From contig NC_087437.1 of the NCBI RefSeq assembly GCF_036321535.1, positions 28,150,001 to 28,214,000 on the forward strand: DNA of 64,000 nt, read 5' to 3'. Origin of the DNA: Camelus dromedarius. Its lineage: Eukaryota. Both the position numbers and the translations under genes were made by a program. A model generated the notes under the pieces. The model had not been told where the DNA came from. It saw nothing but the letters and a program-made list of their open reading frames with translations, and did not search any database. Of the stretch, positions 13,335 to 23,369 are shown piece after piece (position 1 is the first letter of the stretch; every line of letters starts with the position of its first letter).

Positions 13335-14048
13335 TACCATGTGATCCATCAACTCCTTGGTATTTAGCCAACAGAGCTGAAAACTTATATCTACACAAAA
13401 GCCTGTTTATAGGAGCTCATTTCACAATTGCTAAAATTTGGAAACAGACAAGATGTCCTTCAGTGAATGAATGGATAAATAAACTGTGGTACATCCAGAT
13501 AATGGAATATTATTTAGCACTACAAAGGAATGAATTTTCAAGTCATAAACAGATATGAAGGAAACTTAAGTGCATATTACAAAGTGGAAGAAGCCAATAT
13601 GTAAAAGCTACATACTGTATGATTCCATCTATATGAAATCTGGAAAAGGCAAACCTCTAGAGACAGTAAAAAATTTAAATAGCTACCAGCAGTTAGGAGG
13701 GAAGGAAGGATGAATAGGCAGAACACAGAGGATTTTTAAGGCAGTGAAACTACTCTGTATGCTACTGTAATGGTGGGTACATGTCTTTATGCATTTGTCC
13801 AAGCCCATAGACTATAAAACACGAAGAATGAGCTATAATATAAACTATGAACTTTGGGTGATAATGATGTGTCAATGTATGCTCATCAATTGTAACACTG
13901 TACCACTCTAGTGGGGAATGTTGGTAATGGGGGAGGCTGTGCATGTGTGGGGTGAGGGTATGTGGGAAAACTCTGTATCTTTTGCTCAATTCTTCTGTGA
14001 ACCTAAAAGTGCTCTAAAAAGTAAAGTCTATTAAAAATGAAAAAAAAA
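13335..14048 (+). mobile_element. L1MC1-like 3' end with A-rich tail
   Basis: Sense copy ending ctgtgaacctaaaagtgctctaaaaagtaaagtctattaaaaatgaaaaaaaaaa. Confidence 0.85.
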
Positions 14049-14458
14049 ATGCACATACAGACACAAATCTGTTACAACCACACTATGTCAGATACTACCC
14101 TTAACCAACTGTTGAATGAAAAAGTGTAAAATCATTTACCATATCAGTATCTTTAAACCTAATATTAGCTGTCAAGAACAAAGTTTGAAAGAAAAATATC
14201 TTATCTTATCGTATATTAATTCATTCCATCAAGAAGTATACTTTCAACATATTGGCACTCTTTTTTACTTATATTTTGTTTATATTACTCATTAAAAATC
14301 TTCTAATTTTGATAACTTAAAGGCATTAAAGTGTAGGGATACCTGAAAATTTAGAAGCATAAGCTAATGTATAAAACATGATTTGCACTGATTGAACATG
14401 TATGTAATAACAAACTAAAATATAAAGAAACAATTTCTATGAATAACATTTCTCAACT

Positions 14459-14575
14459 TATATATGTGTATTGTATATATTATATTATATATAATAATAC
14501 ACATATATAGTATAGATTATATAATATTATATATAATACACATATATCAATATATACCTCATAAATATATACAAC
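14459..14575. repeat. TA-rich low-complexity tract
   Basis: Imperfect (TA)n/TATAA runs. Confidence 0.7.
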
Positions 14576-14735
14576 TTGATACAAATTATTCAATTAAAAT
14601 TATAACTAAATGCCAATATTATAGCCTAACATACTATAAATACAACAATATATTAACATTTAACAATCAGTATATACAGAAGTTAAATGATATTGAAAGC
14701 TAATTAATTAATTGAAAACTTAGTTTGATGGGAGG

Positions 14736-14782
14736 ACACACAAATTGTGGTGAAAGGACACAAATTGTGGTGAAAGGACACA
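14736..14782. repeat. ~21-bp tandem duplication (acacaaattgtggtgaaagga x2)
   Basis: Directly visible. Confidence 0.85.
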
Positions 14783-17700
14783 CTTTAGTTTATGTTATCA
14801 TAAAAGTTATGCCATATTAACAATTGCAAATTCTGAATTATGATTATTAGAATATTGATTATCTAGTAAGGTTATTAATGGCAATTATTTGCAACATATT
14901 ATTGCCTTTTCTTACTATATAATTATAATACCATCAAGCTTATTTTTTAACTACTTTAAGCTAAAAATGGAAATTTGTGAGTAAGCTAATAAAATATTCA
15001 TAAACCATAGAGATCTAACATTTTAAGCATATATAATAAAAAAAAAGGTAGCAAAACCTCAGAGTTGAGGGATTTAGTAATGTTTGTCATTTTTTGACCT
15101 TACTATGAAAAGTGACTTTAAACTCACAAGGGGTTTTAGTCAAAAGCTGTATAGAGTTTGACCTCATGAGTGTTTAAAGCATTCCTTTATTTAACTATAC
15201 CACTTATTAAAAAAATAGAACATATATTAAAGAAAAAAGAAATGACTTATGTTTCAGTTAGTGACTGTGTGTTCACAGTCTTTGCCAGGAAAAAAAAAAT
15301 GCTTGTGAAAGATTGAGGAGAATGTAGGGAAAGTGATAAACTTTTCCATAGCGCCGTCAGAGTTAGTTTATATATAATTGCCTAGTCACTTTCTAAATTT
15401 CTTCTTTGCTTATAAAGAATCAAATTTCACCTAGGATAATATGTCCCCAGTAATATGCTTAATTTTTATCATAAAAATCAGAAAGTAGAGTTCATATACT
15501 TGAACTTAATTTAAATTCAAGTTTAATAGAACATATACCTATGAAGCATGATATATCTGCTTTGAGAGTACAGAACATCATACCAGACATTTGAGAGATT
15601 TTTTTTCCTTTATGGAAAAAGTGTTATTCATTTGCAGTATGTTTCTCCATTTTCAATAATTTGATCTCTAAAAAATGTCTTGTGGACCAGTTGAAGCACA
15701 AATTGAACCAAGGCTGCATGTAATAGGTTTTTGATCTTTTGATTTTTCAAACAATGAAAAGAGAAAATGAGTTTGATAATCCTTGTAAGAATGTCTCCCT
15801 TGTCATGGAGAAACACCTTAGTAGTAAATTAATCCTGTCTGCCTTGAACATGTTTTGTAACTATTACCTGAATTAGCTGCATATGTATAAGCAGCTGTTT
15901 TTGTCTGAAAGGGGCTTCTCTCTACCTAACATAAGAAGAAAAATTTAAGTAAATGTGTATTTCTTACAGAGCATATGTTGTGTGTATGCTGTAGAGAGAT
16001 TTTTAAAAATTGTAAGTTATAGAGAATTAGTACATCTTAACTGTTTATTAAATCCAAATATTTATAAATTATTAAGTAATTAACATTTATATTTATCACT
16101 CTTTTGATCTGCTTTATTTTCTATTCATTTAAATAATCATATGTATTTTTAATATGCTGCCACAATCACTAAACAGCTCTTTGTTTTTTTATCTGGCATC
16201 AGTTTGCCTTCATTGAAGATTTAGCTCCATCAAGAGATTGTAAATTATCCCCTCATTGCTCAAGGTGTTAATCCTACATCAGTTTATAATCCAAAATCTT
16301 CTGAAGATTCAGACATGTTTTCAGTATGACTAAGCATTTACTTCCTGAGAGTTAGTTCACTGTTCAACATCATTTTTATTTATTTTACATAAAACCATCC
16401 CTTTTCTCCCCTACATCTATTATCACCTCATCAAATATTATCCTCACAGATGCAGTAACAGAACTAAATGTCTTTTATCTATAATTCTAGAAAGTTCCTC
16501 TGGGTTCTAAGAGATTTCTCCAGGCCAATTAAGAAAACAGCTTTAGTTTCTATCCTGCCTCTTCTGGAGCAGTACTTTTTTATACATGATTCCTTGTGAA
16601 TCCCTTATGAAATTGCCTTCCAAACACCTCCACCCAACTTTAATTTCTTTTCTGCTTCCTGGAATCTAATGAGTAAAACTGAACTGTAAGAGATGCAAAG
16701 GATGGGGAAAACAGAAAGTGAACACAGTGTATTTCCCCTCATAGCAGATGTTCCTAAATTGTATAAATTTTCCTTATTCTCTGACTTGTAAGTACCTAGA
16801 GTGCACTGAACATCAGCTTGCTGCATTTATCACAGAGTTTCACATCTTTGACTCTTCACCCTCTAAAACACTTGATATTTTCGTCATTTGAGTGAAAAGA
16901 GTTGCGGAATTTTTCAAGTCCCTTTCCCTAGGCCTCCTGTCATGTCCTTCAAGAGCCTCCAGTTCTACATCAGCATCATCCTTGTCAGGTCCCTTTTCAC
17001 TCTGCTCCTGGTGCACAACCTGGTTGATTATAAAAGGCATTAGTTGTGCTGAACTGACTCAACTTGGTAAAACCAGGGATTTGGATCCCAGCATTTCCAG
17101 TTAGCTGTTTGGCCCTGAACAACGTGGCCTTGACTTAAGAATGAAGAACGTCAGTAAGGTCTATTTGAGGCTCGTCTTTTACCGCCAGACCCTGTCAAAC
17201 ACCAGTTACAATTTCCTGCTTGAGCACAGTTTGGAATAATTTTCACTCCTCAGAACTCTTTTCATCCACCTTTTTCTGGTAAAGACCTCCTGATGACAGA
17301 AGTTGAAGAATTCATAGTATAATATAAACTTATTAGATGAGATAACAGAGTCAGACAGGGTTCAAAGAAGGGCGTCCACAGCCACATCAACCTCTGTGTT
17401 CATTGCACAAAGCCCCGACATAGGAGGACTCCTCAGAATGTGATGGAGTTATGTGAGGGGATAGAGGGAACCCCAGAACTGAACTACTAGTACATAGGAT
17501 AGACCAGGAAAACATATCAGTTTGAGGGGAGCTCAAATTAGGAGCTTTATTTTGTACTATCAATAGCCAAATTGAATTATAAAGATGAAACTCAACATTT
17601 TAACAGGGATTTATGCCTACATTAACATTTATATATATTGGTAGATAAAGTTAGAAAATCAGAGCCATTAAAATTTAAATTGGCTGAGTGTAAGTAATAT

Positions 17701-17949
17701 TTATTTATTGGCTGGCCAAAGCATCCATGGTTGTAGAGTAAAAGCACATTAGTCTAACCCAGAGTTTAAACTAGTACGTTTATTTTCTTCTCTTTTTATT
17801 TATTTGGTAAATGAAACTTCTAGATAGATGGGTCACATTATAGGCAAGATCAGAAAAGGACTGGGAAATCACTGAGTAAATCTTTCTTAAAAGGATAGTA
17901 CAATAGAGTAGCCCTGAGAAAAGAAGGTGCCACCTTCAGAGTGGTTGAT

Positions 17950-18225
17950 TACTAGAGGCTGAGGGAGAAAAGGGATATAGGTTTATGCGGCAACAAAATA
18001 CATGAGCAATAACCAAGAGCTCCAGAATCATGCTTGCCCCAGGAAGCAGCCCTGCATAAGGAGGTAGAGAGCAGACGCCAAGAGCTGCAGTGTCCTGAAC
18101 TCAGATCAGAAAGATGTTGGAGAAGCCTGTTCCCCAAAGGAATTGCTGCCGAAAGCCTTGCTTCTGTGCACATAATATCTGCCAGAGTAAGGACTCCACA
18201 TTGGTCATTGCTCCAGGTGTTTTAA
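17950..18225 (-). pseudogene. Possible additional Kelch-repeat exon remnant
   Basis: Minus translation LADIMCTEARLSAAIPLGNRL...WRLL...RAASWG resembles Kelch W..LAPM..AR..AA.LG.RLY; abruptly bounded by L1ME at ~18230. Confidence 0.4.
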
Positions 18226-18229
18226 AGAA

Positions 18230-19240
18230 ACTAAATGTAGAACACCAAAATTTCAACCATCTTAAAGAAAATGTGGCAAACTCTCTTCATGATCTTGATC
18301 TAAGGAAGAATTTTAAAACTCTAAAGGAATATCTATTCAAGGAAAGATTAACAAACTAGGTGATGCTAATATTAAGAAGTTTTGTTCCTCAAAAGACTGT
18401 ACAATGAAAGTGAAAAGGTAACTGGGAGAAGTTATTCGAAATGCATGTATTCCACAAATACTTATTGTGCAGAATATATGGTGAACTTCTACTAATTAAG
18501 AAAACATATACAGACACAAACCAAAGGGAAAATGGACAAAGGGAATGAAAAGGAAATTCATAAAATAGGAAAACCAACTGGCCAATAAACAGCATAAATT
18601 ATGCTCAAACTCATTGAAATGCAGGAAAATGCAAATTAAAATCACAACCAGAAACAACTTCATACCAATAAGATTGGTAAAAACTAAGCAGTCTTGCAAT
18701 ATCAAATTAATGGGAATGTAAGTTAATGGGAATTCTCATTCCTGGTGGTGGGAATACAATCCAAGACCTCCAAATTGGAGCAATTCTATAACATCTAGTA
18801 AAGTTGAATATGTAAACATGTCTCATAAACCAGCAATTTCACTCTTTGGTATATAGCCCAAATGACTTACATATGTGAGCAAGGAGATTTGTAGAAGAAA
18901 ACTTATAGCAGCATTGTTTGTAATTACAAAAATTTGGGGAAAACCCCCTAAGTAACCAACGTGAAAAATTGTTTATTTAAACAATAGAACACTACTCATC
19001 AACAACAATGAAAAAAATCCACATGTATAAATCTCACAAATACAATGTTGAAGCAGAATGTTGCAGAAGATTAGATACTGTATTCCCAATCATATTAAGT
19101 TTAAAAATATAAAATGATATAAAAATGATAAATATATTGTTCAGGGACGCATTCATATGAATAGAAGTCGTACAAAGATAAAGAAAGGTCGAACACATAT
19201 TTCAGGAGAGGGTGGGATTTCAAGGAGCATGCTATTAGAG
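18230..19240 (+). mobile_element. Old L1ME ORF2 3' end and 3' UTR
   Basis: ggccaataaac...atgctcaaactcattg...aaatgcaaattaaaatcacaa; cagcaatttcactctttggtatatagccc. Confidence 0.75.
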
Positions 19241-20216
19241 CAAATTCTATAAAAATGTTTCAACAATATTTAACATTTTCAGATCGAGAGCAGAAAACAA
19301 GTGTGGCTTTATTCTTTTCAACTTTTTCTCTCTTATGGATGACTAAAGTGAATTTTTATGTTTATTCAAACTGATAATCTCTACTTTTTAATTGGCAAAT
19401 TTCCTTTTATGTTTTCCTTTTTGTTCTTTCTTTCTTTTTTTTTTTCTGTTGTTAGGGCTTTGGAGTGATCAAGTTTTCTAAAAACAGCCTTGTTTGGTTT
19501 TTCTTTGCTAATTTGGAATTGGTAGATTCCATTCTTAAATTCTTAGAAAACATATTAACTACATGTTTTTTTAACAAAGTCTTTTGATTCAATATTTCAG
19601 TCTCTCCTGAAGATGAAAAAGACCCTGTCATATTTTAACTTAACCAGTTAGTGTCACTTATTACTCTATTACAAAGCAATTCAGCTATTATTCATTTTAT
19701 AAACAAACTTACAAAGTAGATTTTTTAATAACAAAAATTTGATTTACCAATATACTTTATCAGTGTCTGCTCACTTCTTGTCTCCCACAACTTTCTTTTG
19801 GGTTCATTTTTCTTTCTGCTAAATGTTTCAGACTCCATCACATACCCAAGAGCCATTTCCCCTTTCCTTAAATGCAAACATAACCTTGATTTTTCCAGAA
19901 AGTGAGAAGCAGAGGGCAGAGGGGAGAGGGTTAGGCCCCTTTCCATCTTCAGGTTACAAATTGTGATTAATCTAAACCAGTTTGGGATAATTGCATTCTC
20001 TTTGGTTGGTGAATAATGTAAAATTGGCCATTTGTATTAGTCATGGAGAGAGAAGTATATCAGGACAGTATTTAAGTAGGCCTTCCCTTTCTAGTTAAAA
20101 TGGAAAGTCTCATTAGGAAAGTCTGTTCCTGCCTTCTTCTTGCATTCAGTGTGGAAATGATTCTAGAAATGCAGCGGCCATTTTGTGGCAATGAAGTGAT
20201 ATATTTGGGAGGGAAA

Positions 20217-20217
20217 T

Positions 20218-20291
<74 letters not shown>

Positions 20292-20382
20292 TTCCTTCCT
20301 TCCTTCCTTCCTTCCTTCCTTCCTTCCTTCCTTCCTTCCTTCCTTCCTTCCTTCCTTCCTTCCTATCTTTCTATCTATCTAT
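20217..20382. repeat. Compound microsatellite (TTTC)n(CTTC)n(TATC)n
   Basis: Directly visible. Confidence 0.95.
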
Positions 20383-20559
20383 CATGAAATTACAGACCTT
20401 GGATCCTATCAACATCATTCCATATCCAAATACAGTATATTCCTATCTGACATTTGTGTCAGCATTTTCATTAGACTTATTTTAGACTTTATGCTAAAGA
20501 TACTTAAATATTTTACCTGGAATAATAATATTACTCTATTTAATTTTGTATGCTTTTCC

Positions 20560-21330
20560 TTTTTTGTCATGGCAAGATGTACAAACCATGATATTTACCA
20601 TTTTAACCATTTTTAAGTGTACAGTTCAGGGGCATTAAGTATGTTCACATTGTTATACAACCATGACTACCATTCGTCTCTACAGCTTTGTTTTTTCTTC
20701 CCCAAGTGAAACTCCTCAGCCATAAAATACTAATTCCCCCTTTACCCTTCCATCCAGCTCCTGGCAACCACCAGTCTACATTCTGTCTCTATAAATTTAC
20801 CAGCCCAGTACCTCATATACATGTAATTATACAGTGTTTGTGTGTGTGTATATACATGTGTGTGTATATACATATATATACAACATATATATATGTTGTG
20901 TTTGTGTTTGTATATATATATTTAAATATATATACACATATATAGTATGTATATATGTATGTGTGTGTATATATATATGTATTTTTTAAATCTATTTAAA
21001 TGTCAACGGACACTTGGATTGCTTCCACTCTTAGGTGTTGTGAATAATGCTGCTATGAACATGTGTATACAAATACCTGTTTGAATCCGTTTTCAATTCT
21101 TTTCAGCATATTTACCCAGAAGTGGAATTGCTGGATCATAGAGTAATTCTAGTTTTAATTTTTTGAGGAAATGCCATACTGTTTCCCAAAGTGGTTGCAC
21201 TATTTTACATTCCCAACAGCAATTCATTAGTGTCCCATTCTCTCCATACCTTTGCTAATGATTGTTGTTTTCTGGTTTTTTATTTTTTGTTTTTGTTTTT
21301 GGGTAATATAGCCATCCTAATTGGTGTGAA
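20560..21330 (-). mobile_element. L1MB-type 3' end with internal (TG/TA)n expansion at ~20835-20980
   Basis: tttaccattttaaccatttttaagtgtacagttcag...gcattaagtatgttcacattgt. Confidence 0.8.
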
Positions 21331-21849
21331 TGCTGTCTTTCTTATCATTAGATTTCTTGTTGTATTTTGTAATGTTCACTTTGTAGGCCCATTTTGGGTG
21401 GAAAGTTATTTGGGTGTTTTGGGTTTATGTTTATTTTTATATTCCACCCCCATCCACCTGGCTAGCAGATTTTTGGTGGCACAGATCCAAGGTTTCTCCA
21501 TCCATAACCAAATCTTTTTGTCTATAATTTAGATTCCTTCTCTGCTTATGGGTTTCCTTTCATAAGCCTCAGTCCTTTCAACTCAATTACTTAGCAATAT
21601 GGGTAGGATCAAGTAAGGCAGGTTAAATGACAGAAAACTGACTTTCAAAAATAGCCATAATTAAAAAGTATTTGATTTAAATAATTTTATAAAATATTTA
21701 GTCATCTTGTCTCTTCCAACTTTCATATATATCTTTTGTTATATATTAATAATTTTTGATGATTAATTTTGAAAATAATGAGTTATGTCTGTAGTACCTG
21801 TAGTTACAAGTGTACTGTAAACTTGACTAGAAAACTATGTTTCTGCAAA

Positions 21850-22505
21850 AAAAATTTGTGGGATCTAAAAAAAAAAGCAAAACCAAGCTCATAGATACAG
21901 AGAAAAGATTGGTGGGTAGAAGAGGCAGGCTGTGAGGGGATGGTGAGAGAATGAGTGAACTGTCTTTTCGGTTTTTGGTTTTAGCTTAAATAAATTATAT
22001 AAAAATAGAAATAAAGAAATCTCTGACAGTTCACTGCCCGCCTGAGATAACATTGAGATAGTGGAAAAGAGATTTCAGTGACCACATGCATCAAAGAATA
22101 TAGTTTTTTGTAAAAATAGTTTGAAAAGTCACTGAAAAATGGATGATTTATAGCTCATAATAAGTCACAACAGCAAAACCTGGCAATGGGGGAGAATCTG
22201 ATTTTCACAATTACCACTTTGTAATATATGCAAAATGTTCAATTTTCAATACAAAATTGCAATTGATATAAAGAAACAGAGAAATATAATCCATTCATTT
22301 GAAATAAAAAAAGAAATTGACAAAAACTGTCCCTGAGGAAGCCTGGAAATTGGATTTATGAGACAAAGACTTTAAAACAACTGTCTTAAATATGCTCAGA
22401 GGGCTAAAGGAAACCAGGGACAAAGAACCAAAAAAAATAAATACAATAATGTCTCAACATACAGGTAATATCAATCAAGATACATAAATTGCAAAAAAAA
22501 AAAAG
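21850..22505 (+). mobile_element. L1 fragments (short 3' UTR piece, then 5'/ORF1-region piece)
   Basis: aagctcatagatacagagaaaagattggtgg; aaactgtccctgaggaagcc...gacaaagactttaaaacaactgtcttaaatatgctc. Confidence 0.65.
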
Positions 22506-22539
22506 GGATTATGGTAAATGCATGAGAGAATCCTGGGGT

Positions 22540-23230
22540 ATTTATTCACTCATTAATATATGTATTTAATAAGCACCCATTCCTCATGCACTGTGAGTAC
22601 AGATATGAATAAAATATAATCTCAGGCTTCAGGAAGCTCATCGTCTAGCACAATGACAGAAATACAAGCAGGTAATTCCAAGTGTAATGTGATAAATGCA
22701 TAATAGTAGGAGGCATGGTGGAGGGAGCTGTTAAACTTGCCCAGAAGAGCCTGGTAAATCATCACAGGAAAAATTTTTTTCAGCTGTGTCTTACAAGGAT
22801 AAACCTTGCTGTATAGACAATGTGAGGAAAGACTTTCTAAGGAGAAAGGGTCAGCATGTACAAAACACTTAAGGCTTATTTTCTTTCAGAGGATGATCAC
22901 AGGAATCATGATCAAGACCATGGTATAAACATTAAGAAATTGAACAGTAAATAGAGGTTACGGTGCGATTATAGAAGGTCCTGTGTACTTTACTGAGGGG
23001 TGCAAATTTTATCCTGAATACTTTGGAGAACAAGGGTATCCATTATATACTGGTTACTTGAGGGCAATATGGTCCTTCATGTAAGAGTTGGGGTTGGGGA
23101 GAGACAAAGGTAGGGGAAGAGCTTATTTAAATAACCTGGTCATTACTGAAGAAAATGGACAGGATGGAATGGATTTGGGATCCATAACTTAGGTTGAATT
23201 GTTGGGCTTTTGACTGTAGTGATTGTGGGG
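22540..23230 (-). mobile_element. L2 LINE 3' part
   Basis: attcactcattaatatatgtatttaataagcacc...caggaagctcatcgtctagc...aatgtgataaatgc. Confidence 0.65.
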
Positions 23231-23369
23231 AAGAGGTAAGACAGTGTTCTTTTAGAATATTCAAAAGTTAAGGAAAAAACATCTTAAAAGAGGAAGAAAA
23301 ATCTAAGGGTGGGAAGAAATGCAGAACAGGGGGCTAGAGAAGGCATTACAAGATGGAAATGGCATTAAA

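Larger units (their letters stand above)
1..17421 (-). pseudogene. Decayed multi-exon F-box/leucine-rich-repeat (FBXL-like N-part, RNI-like LRR C-part) gene, running off the left edge
   Basis: Candidate exons on minus: 17421-16796; 16683-16448 (long polypyrimidine acceptor ...catctcttacag, donor GTGAGG); 16344-~16150; ~15817-15585; ~6430-6046; ~5424-5210; ~4492-4282; ~592-216 (donor GTAGAC); acceptor near 42. Peptide remnants: MFSAL|SSVLLIRF...WKAIS (F-box-like); TCLNLQKI..TDVGL..NLQSL..ELNL (Cys-LRR-like); NTTLRVSGLNLA...GGKLVAEVLIN (4440-4336); YIDFSKNNI; SGPLGDSGIRLLTENL (349-305; RNI-type LRR). Many stops and frameshifts. Confidence 0.55.

Noticed and set aside
15600..18225. Plus-strand CASD1-like snippets (SKKCLVDQ near 15670; KPVPQRNCCRKP near 18130)
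   Set aside because: Short matches only, the conserved GDSR motif is absent, and they conflict with the minus-strand readings
20100..20387. 95-aa ORF rich in F/L/S/P
   Set aside because: Read-through of the (TTTC)n(CTTC)n microsatellite
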